Below, one piece after another: positions 40,279 through 50,600 of a stretch of DNA of 64,000 nt. The stretch is from contig CAVPLT010000001.1 in NCBI GenBank assembly GCA_963706325.1, positions 288,001-352,000 on the forward strand, written 5' to 3'. Numbering within the stretch: position 1 is the stretch's first letter; each line of letters starts with the position of its first letter. A program made the position numbers and the translations under genes. This DNA is from an uncultured Nitrospiraceae bacterium. GTDB taxonomy: Bacteria; Nitrospirota; Nitrospiria; Nitrospirales; Nitrospiraceae. The notes beneath the pieces were generated by a model. That model was given only the letters and a program-made list of their open reading frames with translations, had not been told where the DNA came from and made no database searches.

Positions 40279-40785
40279 TTAACGGCTGACGGCCAGCGCA
40301 AGGACAGGACTCTTGCCGACGGCGTCATTCAGGGCCTTCACGAATGCTACAGAGGAGGTTTCACCCGCCTCGACCATGGCCGTATAACGCTCTTGGGTCA
40401 ACGCAAAGAAGTCGGTATGCTGTTCCGCCGGAATGCCCATGAGGGTTGCCAAAGAGGCCAGGTGCTCACCCTTGCCCTGAGCCATCTCCTGGGACAAATT
40501 GTCAAAATTCATATGGGCAAACACATTCGTCCTCTGATCCGCCATCACCTGGCCGTCGTTGGTGCAGCCAGACGTCCCGGAACTGATTGCGAATGTATTC
40601 ATTCCCGTAGCATTGGTTGTCACCATCATGACTTGCGGCGCGATGTTCTTCTGGTTCTTATAATCGGCCCAGGCCAACTTCCCAAGACCACAGCCGGGTC
40701 CCGTATCGGGATTTGCTGCCATGGCCAATCCGGCTTGTGACACTACCGCGACGGCGCCCAACACGACGAATAGTTTTCTGAACAT
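40279..40785 (-). CDS. DUF3015 domain exported protein
   Basis: GPGCGLG, TTN.T..NTFAISSGTSGC, L.QEMAQG.GEHL..LA; AGGAGG RBS. Confidence 0.9.
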   Translation of the reverse strand: MFRKLFVVLGAVAVVSQAGLAMAANPDTGPGCGLGKLAWADYKNQKNIAPQVMMVTTNATGMNTFAISSGTSGCTNDGQVMADQRTNVFAHMNFDNLSQEMAQGKGEHLASLATLMGIPAEQHTDFFALTQERYTAMVEAGETSSVAFVKALNDAVGKSPVLALAVSR

Positions 40786-40911
40786 ACGACCTCCTCCTTT
40801 GAACCAGTGAATGAATGTTCCAAACGGCTCTTTGCCTTCAACCTGTCGATATTATAACGAACCCATTCTGTCATGTAGAGCAGAAAAATTGCTTCCGCTC
40901 GATAGAATATG

Positions 40912-41397
40912 TCACTCAGCCCGGTCGGCCAACGTGATGTGCTGCGGTTCAATCGTCGCATGGTGGAGCAGCAGTAATCCGATCGCGCGTGGCAGATGAA
41001 ACCGTTTCGGCCCGGCAGAACCGGGATTGAACAGCAGCACCCCTTCCCGCCATTCGGCCTTCGGCTGATGAGTGTGCCCATAGATACAGATATCCGGATT
41101 CGTTCGCTTCAAGAAAGAGGCGCCGTCGCGCGTCAGCGTTCCTTTCTCATAGAGCCGATGATACAGCGCAATCCGATATCCTGCCAGTTCGATGACCTGC
41201 TCGACAGGAAATCCGCTCGCCTGAAATCCATCCACATTGCCGGATACCATCGTCACAGGCGCAATCTGTTCAAGCTGCTCAATGACCTCGCGCTTCCCGA
41301 TGTCTCCCGCGTGTAGAATATGCTCGACCCCGGCAAAGTGGCGGATGATCCCTCGATCAAATATCCCATGCGTATCCGAAATGATCCCGATGCGCAC
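40912..41397 (-). CDS. YfcE-like metallophosphoesterase
   Basis: ISDTH, HAGD, GNVD, GHTH, NPGS. Confidence 0.93.
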   Translation of the reverse strand: MRIGIISDTHGIFDRGIIRHFAGVEHILHAGDIGKREVIEQLEQIAPVTMVSGNVDGFQASGFPVEQVIELAGYRIALYHRLYEKGTLTRDGASFLKRTNPDICIYGHTHQPKAEWREGVLLFNPGSAGPKRFHLPRAIGLLLLHHATIEPQHITLADRAE

Positions 41398-41412
41398 CTC
41401 GCGAACCTCGCA

Positions 41413-42546
41413 TTATTTGCCGGGATCCGCCTTAGCCAACGAATCCTGGACCGTCTTCCAATCGAATGTGAATGGCTGAGAACTTCGTGTCGGCAATGCC
41501 GCCAATTCTGCTTTCAATCGTTCCGCACGAGCCGCACTCATGGGGTGGGTCGAGAACAGCTCAACGCGGGCTTTGTCCTTGTCCGAGAGTCGCTCGAAAA
41601 ATCCGATCATTCCCTCCGGCGCGATGCGGGCATCGGACAAGAGGCGAATGCCTGTGAGATCCGCCTCGGTCTCCTGCTCACGACCGAACTTCAACGTCAC
41701 CAGGTTCAATCCAAGCTCCTTAGCCAACCCGATCAGACCCTGCTGGTCGCCCACGACGATACTGACCACCGCCGCTAATCCTAACATTTTGACCATCCGC
41801 GCAAGACCGTGCCGTTGCAGCACATGATTCAACTCATGACTCAACACACCGGCTACCTCTTCGCCGCTTTCCGCCTTCTTTATCAAGCCGGTGTACACGA
41901 CCACGTAGCCTCCCGGAAGGGCGAACGCGTTCACGACGGCGCTTTGCACGACAGAGACCTGAAACTTGTAGGGATTGTGAGAAATCTTGTCCGTCAGACG
42001 CTGCGTCATTTCCTGCACGGCGCTGACTGCATGCCCCTCCTTCAGAACTGTTTCTTTAGACAAGGCATCTTGATACACCGCCTCCCCGAGCTTCTGTTCC
42101 CACTCGATGGGGATCCGGGCGACCGCCCACTCGACGATGAGATCGGAACCGAACCAGAGCAAGAGAACAACTCCTGCCACAACTCCCACAGCACTGCCCC
42201 AAAACAAGCGACGGCTGTGCCGCGCGCGTCGAACATGTTCGGCTGCACGCTCCAAGGAGGCTGTCATCTCCGGCGGCGCCGTGCGACGAAAGGCGATGAT
42301 CAGAGCCGGATCTTTGAGGTACAGCGTCCGAGCCGACGCGTCGGTCATCCACGTCAGGACGAGCTGATCATGATCCAGCCCACCGGCTGCGACGGACAGG
42401 GCCGAGAAGGTGACGGACTCCTCTATCAACGGCGACCCATCGGGCGGTATGAGGCGTATTCCCTCCGACGTCAGCAGGACATGACAAGGCGCCCCTGCTC
42501 CGGGCAGACCGTCGCCGAAACACAGTGCATTGGAAGTAGGTTTCAT
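41413..42546 (-). CDS. M48 family metallopeptidase
   Basis: NAFALPGG, VLSHELNHV, E.EAD, STHP; one TM segment. Confidence 0.93.
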   Translation of the reverse strand: MKPTSNALCFGDGLPGAGAPCHVLLTSEGIRLIPPDGSPLIEESVTFSALSVAAGGLDHDQLVLTWMTDASARTLYLKDPALIIAFRRTAPPEMTASLERAAEHVRRARHSRRLFWGSAVGVVAGVVLLLWFGSDLIVEWAVARIPIEWEQKLGEAVYQDALSKETVLKEGHAVSAVQEMTQRLTDKISHNPYKFQVSVVQSAVVNAFALPGGYVVVYTGLIKKAESGEEVAGVLSHELNHVLQRHGLARMVKMLGLAAVVSIVVGDQQGLIGLAKELGLNLVTLKFGREQETEADLTGIRLLSDARIAPEGMIGFFERLSDKDKARVELFSTHPMSAARAERLKAELAALPTRSSQPFTFDWKTVQDSLAKADPGK

Positions 42547-42559
42547 CGGACGCGAGCTT

Positions 42560-42684
42560 GCGGCTGCTCAAAATGGCTGTGAACGAGGCCGCAGGTGAAC
42601 GCAAACCGGAGGCGTACCCCCGAGGGTACGTTGAGGATTTGTCGTGAGCCGAGAACGATGTTCGCGGGCATTTTCATCAGCCGC
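42560..42684. mobile_element. MITE/REPIN-like short element, 125 bp
   Basis: 16-bp inverted ends GCGGCTGCTCAAAATG / CATTTTCATCAGCCGC (2 mismatches); central CGTACCC-CCGA-GGGTACG hairpin; shares AGGCCG, GAGGCGT and AGAACG blocks with the 10.2 kb element. Confidence 0.75.
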
Positions 42685-42694
42685 TGTGCAGACG

Positions 42695-43378
42695 CTATTC
42701 GGAGACGGGAATGAACTGACGTATCCAATTCCCAAAACTACCAGGGTTACGACTCTGGATGTATACGACGCCCGGACCGCGGAAGCGGCAGACCAGCCCT
42801 TCCCCCGACGTCAGGCTGGCGATCCAACCGGACGAAGCTTTCTCGATATTGTATGTCGTCGTGGAAGTCCATGCGACCAGATGGCTATTATCGACGATGT
42901 ATTCTTCATTCGGCTTGAGTTCGATTTTATGAATCGCGCCGAAGCTATTGAGCATGAGCTGCCCCATTCCACTAATCCTCAGAATGAAGAAGCCTTCCCC
43001 CCCCAGCAAGCCGCGCGTGAGGCTTTGCATTTTGCTCTCAATCTTCACGCCTTCGGCGCCGGCCAGGAATCCGTCTTTCTGCACCATATATTCATTCACG
43101 CCGTCGAGATCCATCAGGACAATTTCGCCGGGCACCGTCGGCGCTAACAAGACTTCTCCCGCGCCGCGGCTGGCCCGCAGCGTTTGAAAGAAAAACTTTT
43201 CGCCACTGAGCATCTTGCGCGACAAGGCGCCCAAAAAGCCGCCTTCCATTTTACTTTCGATATCGATGGTCGGCGACGCGGCCACCATGGCGCCGGATTC
43301 GGCTTTCACCGTTTCACCGTCAGCCAAGGAGACCCGCACCATCGGAAATGCGCCCGGATAGAGAATCTCGCTCTTCAT
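42695..43378 (-). CDS. TIGR00266 / AIM24 family protein
   Basis: AESGAMV, GGEGFF, VDNSHLVAW, SGEGLVCRFRGPG.VYIQSRN. Confidence 0.94.
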   Translation of the reverse strand: MKSEILYPGAFPMVRVSLADGETVKAESGAMVAASPTIDIESKMEGGFLGALSRKMLSGEKFFFQTLRASRGAGEVLLAPTVPGEIVLMDLDGVNEYMVQKDGFLAGAEGVKIESKMQSLTRGLLGGEGFFILRISGMGQLMLNSFGAIHKIELKPNEEYIVDNSHLVAWTSTTTYNIEKASSGWIASLTSGEGLVCRFRGPGVVYIQSRNPGSFGNWIRQFIPVSE

Positions 43379-43403
43379 GATGCTGCTGCCTCCTTAACAG
43401 AAC

Positions 43404-44885
43404 CTACCTGTGTATCCACCCATACAACCGATGACTGGGGTCAGCGCCTTCTTCCAAGTAACTCATCCGCATGCGCCCCACATAATCGGACGGCACCTGT
43501 TTGCGTACGGCGGCAACATCGACGCCAAAAAGTTTTGCGCCGTTCAAGCCAAAAATCTGGGCCTTGACCTCGCGGGTCAGGGGCACATATCCATGCTGTT
43601 CAATGAATTGATCCGGGATTTGAAATCGGCGAAAAGCCTCGATCTGCCACTGCGGGGTCCCCGACCAGATTGAGTCCGTTCCCCACAGCACATGGTCCAC
43701 ACCAAAGGCCTCAATAATTTGTCCGAGCAGATGGGCACAGACCGACGGATGTGCGGTGACCAGCTGGCCAAACGTTGAGCCCAGTTCCATATAGATATTC
43801 TGAATAGCCGGCTCGGCCTGTTTCATCCGGCAGAATTCCGTCGTCCAGGGGATGGCGCCAGTCTTGGCGAAGGTCTCGTCGACCGAGGCGGAGGTCAATA
43901 AACCGGAGTGATACACCAGAAATTGGAGATCGGGAAAATCCTTGGCAGCCTTGATGAGGTCGCGCGGATGGTTGTACTCGGGCACCGGACCAAGCGGGAG
44001 GCCTTTATGCACGCAGATACGTGGAATGTTCAGTTTCCTGGCCTGTTCCAGCATCGGATAGGCAATCTTCTCGTCGTCCATCCACCAGCCTTGCTCGAAC
44101 CCCACGGGGCAAGAGCCGGTGTAGCACTTCCAGGCATCGATCTTAAGGGTCTCGGCCTGCATGGCCATAAAGTCCAAATCTTTGAGCCCCAACTGCGGCG
44201 TGGCCAACCCATGCGCCAGCATACGCTGTGAGCCGGCGAGACGATTGATCTCATCCCGGATGTGCGCCATTTCTTTCGGGGGCACGACCGCTTCCTGGGG
44301 ATAGGGTCCGGGAGGGGTGCTGATTAACCCAATTGTCGTTTCACTGTCCAAAAATATTTCTTTGATAAAGTTCTGCCAGGAGAGATCGTCGATCGTGCCG
44401 CCATCGGCGGACAGCTTCGGATTCAATCCCGCCTCGCGGGTGCGTCGGCGTAACGACAAGAGAGCCTGCTTGGTTACCGCGCCTTTGCGCCTCGCCTCCG
44501 CGCCGGCCGAATCGTAATGGCTTCCCACATAATGGGTTTGCACATCAAAGATAAAATACGATTCGCCCGTACGTTCCGTGAAGGCCGCTGCCTCCACGGT
44601 TTCGATGTCCAGCACGTCGAAGAATTTTCCGAACACAGCATTCAGAGCCAAGAGCGCCGCCGCCATGCCACCGGTGGTACGCAGGAAGTCACGGCGCGTC
44701 AGACCTAGCGAGGCGGCAGCGTGATCGGCAGCGGTGATGACGAGACCCTCCACGCGGGCCTGCGCGGCTGTTTGAGGGTACGGGGCAAACTCCTCATTCG
44801 ACACCACTTGAGTAGGAATAGGCGAGGCCGATACGGCCCCTCGTGTGAGGCCCTTGCCGGCACCCATGCCGTTTGGTCGACTCAT
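43404..44885 (-). CDS. amidohydrolase_2 family protein with Tat-like motif
   Basis: TRRDFL, FDVQTH, CVHKG, VYHSG, WGTDSIW. Confidence 0.9.
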   Translation of the reverse strand: MSRPNGMGAGKGLTRGAVSASPIPTQVVSNEEFAPYPQTAAQARVEGLVITAADHAAASLGLTRRDFLRTTGGMAAALLALNAVFGKFFDVLDIETVEAAAFTERTGESYFIFDVQTHYVGSHYDSAGAEARRKGAVTKQALLSLRRRTREAGLNPKLSADGGTIDDLSWQNFIKEIFLDSETTIGLISTPPGPYPQEAVVPPKEMAHIRDEINRLAGSQRMLAHGLATPQLGLKDLDFMAMQAETLKIDAWKCYTGSCPVGFEQGWWMDDEKIAYPMLEQARKLNIPRICVHKGLPLGPVPEYNHPRDLIKAAKDFPDLQFLVYHSGLLTSASVDETFAKTGAIPWTTEFCRMKQAEPAIQNIYMELGSTFGQLVTAHPSVCAHLLGQIIEAFGVDHVLWGTDSIWSGTPQWQIEAFRRFQIPDQFIEQHGYVPLTREVKAQIFGLNGAKLFGVDVAAVRKQVPSDYVGRMRMSYLEEGADPSHRLYGWIHR

Positions 44886-44912
44886 TGCGTTACATTTCCG
44901 AGATTGGGCTGG

Positions 44913-44941
44913 ATTCTGTGGAATGTCCTTAGCTCTGTCAA
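44913..44941 (-). promoter_or_regulatory. putative sigma70 promoter for the amidohydrolase
   Basis: TTGACA-17 nt-CAGAAT. Confidence 0.5.
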
Positions 44942-45457
44942 GTCATAGCGAACCCTCGCCCTCATCAGAGAGTCTACTGCGCATCACCTATTTCATGATT
45001 CTGTCCTCACGATCCCCGGTTGCTCAGCCAATACAGTCCGACTGGACACCTTCCTGCCTAAGATGGACGGAGACGTAGTCGGACACGTTTTTCATGGGCG
45101 CGCCAGCCACCTCTGAGGCCATCTGCAAAACCCTCATCAGCGCTGCGATCTGGCTATTTTGGATTTCTACGATCCGAAAGATCGGCAGAAGGCTTCATTG
45201 ATCCGTCGATCGCCGGGCAATCGCGACTGGGTTCCCATCCTCAACCTATTCATCTCCGTGGTCACCGATGTGCATCGCACCGGTTCTCACCCCGGCGACG
45301 TGAGCACATTGCCTCGAGCTGAAAAAGGCCCCTTATAGCGGACCCGCCAGCGTCTACGCAAACGTGAGGGACAGATCGGGGTGAATTCGCACCCGAACTC
45401 AGCACACTCTTGCCCATCAATGTGGATGATAGCTGAAGAGGGACAGGACGCGTGGCT

Positions 45458-45976
45458 CTACTCAGGCCGTTGCTCCGGCGACGGTTCTCCTAACGATTGT
45501 TCTGCCCCGCTCCCGCCGTGCTGACGGCGAAGCTCGCGTCGATAGGCACGACGTTCATCGGGCGACATACTCTGAAATTTTTCCCGCAACGCCTTCCGCT
45601 GGTCCGGGGGAAGGGACTTGAACCATCGCCGGGCATTCTTCACCGACTCACGCTGCTCGGGCGGCAGTTGCTGAAAATGCTGATACCGCTCACGAAGCTG
45701 TTGTTGCTGCTCCGGCGGAAGCGTCCGCCACTGCTTGAAGCGCTGTTTCGCCTCTTGACGCTCCTCAGGCGTCATCGTTCCCCATTGTTGGGCGCCATTG
45801 CGTAATCGCTCCTGCTTACGCGGCGGGAACTGATCCCATGTTCCACTGAAACGCTGCAACAATTGTTGTTCGCCAGGACTCAGTCGGCTCCAAGGCACCC
45901 CCGCAGGCTCGCTCTGTGCCCAGGCCGAGCACACCCCGCATACCAGCAAGACCATACATATACCTAACGCTTTCAT
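45458..45976 (-). CDS. DUF3106 domain exported protein
   Basis: Signal peptide, repeated W/F..L.PEQ....R...... units. Confidence 0.88.
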   Translation of the reverse strand: MKALGICMVLLVCGVCSAWAQSEPAGVPWSRLSPGEQQLLQRFSGTWDQFPPRKQERLRNGAQQWGTMTPEERQEAKQRFKQWRTLPPEQQQQLRERYQHFQQLPPEQRESVKNARRWFKSLPPDQRKALREKFQSMSPDERRAYRRELRRQHGGSGAEQSLGEPSPEQRPE

Positions 45977-46264
45977 GGACCAGTCTGCACCCTTCTCGAC
46001 TCGCATGATGTGTCAGGACTTGGATCAGGATCGACGAACTTCGGTCGCCTGCGACCACGTTTTTTCAGCATCTAGCCGGTTCGACAGGCGAACCGGGCGG
46101 AGCACTCAAAGAAAGATCGTCAGACGTTTCGAACGGATCCACCCACCGCCCCGCATCATGTACCAGGACCACAAAACATCCAGAATCAGTCTTCATTCCT
46201 ATTGTTCTCTGTACTGACCTGTGCCAACGCGTCACCCAGCCTGAGACCGACCCTCGACAGTCGG

Positions 46265-46630
46265 CTAGCCGGTCGTAGCGGGACCATCAGCCAGCCAGTC
46301 GTAGAATTCCAGATCCTCTGAGAGTTCTATATTCTCGGACGACTGCATCAGTTCGAGATCCTCGAGCAACGGGAGATGTGAATGGTTTCTCTCCGTGGAT
46401 GGCCATATCCATAGCGTGAGGGACAACCCAACCAACGAGGCCAGAGCCATTCCTCCGGCCCACTGGAGCCAGGGCCGCCGCGGTGATCCACGGTCCAATA
46501 CATTCAGTCGCGCGCGCTGCACCAGCAAAGTAGTCTGCTGATCGAGATCGTGCACACTCTGATCGAGAAGACGTTTGGCCGAGGCGGCCAAGGCATCTCT
46601 GTGCGAGTTCGACCGTTCACTCATGGCCAA
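46265..46630 (-). CDS. DUF3619-like putative anti-sigma membrane protein
   Basis: LDQS..DLD......QRAR, single [11 protein letters not shown]; overlaps the sigma stop codon. Confidence 0.82.
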   Translation of the reverse strand: MAMSERSNSHRDALAASAKRLLDQSVHDLDQQTTLLVQRARLNVLDRGSPRRPWLQWAGGMALASLVGLSLTLWIWPSTERNHSHLPLLEDLELMQSSENIELSEDLEFYDWLADGPATTG

Positions 46631-47238
46631 TGTTCTCCTAATCGCTTTCTCAATACCTGCAATGCGCGGAAGAGATGCGTCTTGACGCTCCCTTCGGAGC
46701 AGCCCATCGCCTGCGCAGTCTGTGCCACATCTAGTTCCTCCCAGATGCGCAGGAGAAACGCTTGCTGTTGCCGCAACGGAAGGGCACGCAAGGCCACCTC
46801 GAGTGCGGCGCAGGCGCGCTTGCGCTGTAGGTCTTCATCCGGCGCCACCGCGGCTCGGTCAGGAACCTGATCCAGCGGGTCTTCACGTCCCTCGTCATCC
46901 TGCGAGCCATGAAAAAATTCTCTCAGACGGTTCCGCACCCTCGTCCGGCGGTACCAGTCGCGAATACGACTCTGCAGAATACAGTGAAAGAGCGGCCCCC
47001 ACTCACCTTCAGTCCTGTCACCATATTTCTGCACGAGCTTCAGCATCGCATCCTGCACGAGATCGAGCGCCTCGTCGTCATTCCCCGTGGCAATCTGTGC
47101 CATACGGAACGCCCGCCGCTCAATGCCTGCCAGGAACCGATCTAATGCCTGGGTTCGATCCAGAGATCCTGCTTTCTCACCCAGGCAAAGGCTGCCGGGT
47201 TGTCCATCTCTCGCGATATGGGCAGGACAAACGCTCAT
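46621..47238 (-). CDS. ECF RNA polymerase sigma factor
   Basis: [40 protein letters not shown]; start uncertain. Confidence 0.95.
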   Translation of the reverse strand: MSVCPAHIARDGQPGSLCLGEKAGSLDRTQALDRFLAGIERRAFRMAQIATGNDDEALDLVQDAMLKLVQKYGDRTEGEWGPLFHCILQSRIRDWYRRTRVRNRLREFFHGSQDDEGREDPLDQVPDRAAVAPDEDLQRKRACAALEVALRALPLRQQQAFLLRIWEELDVAQTAQAMGCSEGSVKTHLFRALQVLRKRLGEHWP

Positions 47239-47670
47239 TGCCGTCTACCGCAGGACTACTCGATGAATGCTCAACCTGCGGGCCAACCAATGGCTCGGCC
47301 GCTGTCGCCACGGCCCAACCTGTCCACCTTCGCGATCACGAGAGCATGGAACCTTGCGCCCGTCAAGGATCCGACTTTTGGCTCCATCATCCTCAAATTC
47401 AAGCGACGGCTCACAAAACTCTCTTTCCTCAACAAACCACGCCGCCCTCCCTGCGCCCTTTCGATGATGCATAGTCTACCCTTTCGCTCTCCCACACGCG
47501 ATCGAATCAGCGCTTCTACAGAAGGAGAACGCACTGACGATTCGTGGGTTGACCGAGCGATCCTGGCCCAATCTGGAATGGACGGCCACAGCAAGTATTT
47601 CTGAATGGATAGATTTGTTTCGCTCGAGATGGGAGCTGCGAAAAGTGGCAAGGGGCAATGTTCCGATGAA

Positions 47671-50600
47671 TTATTTGTCGTTATTCACCTCGGCCATTCT
47701 TCTGCCGCCGGCCCATGCGGTCGGGGGAATTTGCACGACCACGTCGAACCGGTCCTGGGCATCATTGTCCCTCATGTCGCGACCCACACTGTAGAAGAGG
47801 CGCTTTTTCATATTGATCAGCATAGGAAGGCCTGTGAAAGGGTCATAGAGACCTTGTCCGGCCTTGGCGACTCTCGTGAGCAGATCCTGTTCCGGAGGAG
47901 TTCGGCGCAGCCAGGACTGCAGGGACGCCAGACGGAAACGCGCATCCGTTTCCATGACTCGGCCGGCATACGTTTCCCATGCCGGGAGCAAGTCGACGCC
48001 GACGAGGCTCTCGATGGGATTCATGATGAGATCTGTCAGACCGTACGGCGGCGTGCGCACAAACTGGAATTGTTTCGGCAAGTCGGCGTATCGACCTTCC
48101 GCCCCCGCCGCGCCTGCCGCCTCATAGTATTGCGCATAGGCATTAAATCGACGCTGTTTCGGCAACGGTAGGACGGCAGCGACGGAGCCATAAAACGGTC
48201 GGTTATCAGTCGCATCGTGGTTCATCGTCTGCTCCAGCGTCTGCGCGGCCAACACAAATTGGCTCTGCATCGGCCAGCGAATCGATTGCTCGGCCTGATC
48301 CAGCGGCCGCACGAGTTTCGCGAGCCGGCTAATCAGGCGGTCATCCAGATCAGGTCGTAGCAAGAGCCCGCTTGCAACGGCGATATCATCATTGAGAGCG
48401 TCACTGGCGAGCATTTTGACCGGCATGGTCTTGGCCTGACCCAGTACAGTCCGCCATGCTGTGAGATCCGACTCAAGTCGCGCGACCCCCATCTCCACAT
48501 CCTGCGCGAATCCTTCAGCAACATAGAGGCGGTGCGCATAGAGAATCACGCTACAGTTCGGACTGACCGGCTTCCCAAACCCCCAATCCTCGAAGGGCTT
48601 GGTGAGCCACTGCCGGTACCGGCCCGTAGCCACCCCGGCCTGCGACACCCAGGCCTTGACGCCGACGGCCTCCGCCCGCATCTGGGCCGCTGGATCAGAC
48701 GTCTTCATCCATTTGGCTATCACTGCAGGCGACGCGCCCTGCTGGAGGCCTGAGCCATTCCCCTCGTTCGATAAACAGGCATGAGCCAAGGCACGATCGG
48801 CATCCTCCACGCGTCGATCAATCCCCACCTGCATAGCATCCTCCGCAGGCAGAGCACCGAAGCCAAGCAAGATGAAATATCCGTTTTTCTGGGAATCCTG
48901 GAGCGTGTGTTGGGGAACAGAGGTCATGGTTCGATAGGCTGAATTGGGCTGTTCTTCAAGCGCCAGCCAGGTCAATGCGAGCGCCCCTACGGTACCCGCG
49001 ACGAGCATCAATGCGGCCCCGACCAGTGCCACCAGGAAAACAACCAGCGATTGCGTCGTTGATACCCCCGCGCCGATGAGTGAAGCCACGGCGCGACCGA
49101 TGTGGCGACACGCCTGACCCGCCGCTGGTTTACTTGGCTGTTTCCGCAGGGCAGGCTGGTCGGCAGGCAAGGACGTAGACTCGTCCGATTGCTCCACAAG
49201 GTGATCCGTCGGGAGAGCGGTCATCTCCGATCGCTTCTCCATGGACGGAGCGAGGAGAGATAGACACTCCTGGGGCATCATAGTCGCCTGGCTCGCTTCA
49301 GCCGGCGCTACGTCTTTAGACTTACTCAGCCAGCGCGCCAGCATGTTCCCGGTAGAAGCGCTCGGCATGGGCCTCGATAAGGAATCATCCCACAGAATCA
49401 GAGGTCCAGCCTCTGCGGTAGCCTCGGAGGTTGCCTCGGGGGTTGCCATTGATACAGGTGCGTCGGAGGGGGGCTCGACAGCCGGAGACTCTCCAGGCAC
49501 ATCCAGACTCTCTGCTCTGTGAGCCATCTCGGCGGCCCGCGAGGAGTCATTGAAGGGCCGATCCGGTTCATCCGCACGTCCGCCATCCGGCACAGCAGGT
49601 GAGAGTGGGGGGAGAGGTTCCGCTGCCGAAATCCCGGACACAACCGATACTTCACCTTCTGGAACTGCTTCTTCGCTCAGCGGAGGCGCGTCTGCGTCAA
49701 ACACAATAGCTTCCGGCATGCGTGCGTAATCTTGAGCCAATAGAGGTGACGTTTCTGCATTTGAAACCGGCGCAACGTCGTCTGCTTCCGAAGAAACGAT
49801 TTCAGAGGCCGCCGCAGCGTGGAGGACAGTCTGGTCGGCGGTGAATGGGGAAGCGGGTGAAGGAGCCGCCGCTTCAGGTGCAGTGGCCTGGACTGTGGGC
49901 TCTGGGACAGTCATCTGCACTAACGCCTGCGGCACCAGAGCGAGTGGCTCCGAGGCAAGGACCTCAAACGGTTCAGCGAGAGGCGCCGGACCCTGTTGCG
50001 CAGCGGCCTGTTCCATAGACGGAGTCGGCATGTCTAACAAGGGAGCGACTACGACTTCCATCAGTGACTCGGCGGACACCGGGGCAGGCTGTTCCTGGTC
50101 TAAGGTCGCCCTCGCCTCACTCCCGGCCAGCCGCAAGGGACGCTCTACCGGAGAGTCATTCCTTGCTTCGACGGGTAATTCTGGTTCGAATACCTCCGCG
50201 ACTATTGATCCTTCAACCGGTTCGACTGCCTCTGCAGGTATATGAATAGGTATGGGCTGCTGGTGCAATTCGATCGGAGCATCCAGGGCAAGGATTCGGA
50301 ACTCCGGGGTCGAGGGTGTTTCGATCCGAATGGCGCTGTCGACTACCGTCTCGTCCGCAAGAAGCGGCATAGCCGACACCGATGCGCGCCCGTCCTCCTC
50401 GGCAGGCAGGACCACGGTCGCATCCTGAGCGCTGTCCCCAACATCGGTAGAAACTGGTCCGAATTCCGGCTCGGGATCCTGTCGTGGAATCGTGACATCT
50501 TCAACCTCGATCTGCTCCCAAGGCATGGGCGCCGAAAGCGGAGGCGAATCACTGGCGAGACTCGCCAGAGACTCCAACGGCGGAGGTGCCAGCGAGAGCC

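Noticed and set aside
45000..45450. Possible gene remnant in the gap upstream of the amidohydrolase
   Set aside because: Protein-like fragment (DLAILDFYDPKDRQK) but no family could be assigned
46060..46075. TTTTTCAGCATCTAG resembling a MITE end
   Set aside because: No matching opposite end; short enough to occur by chance
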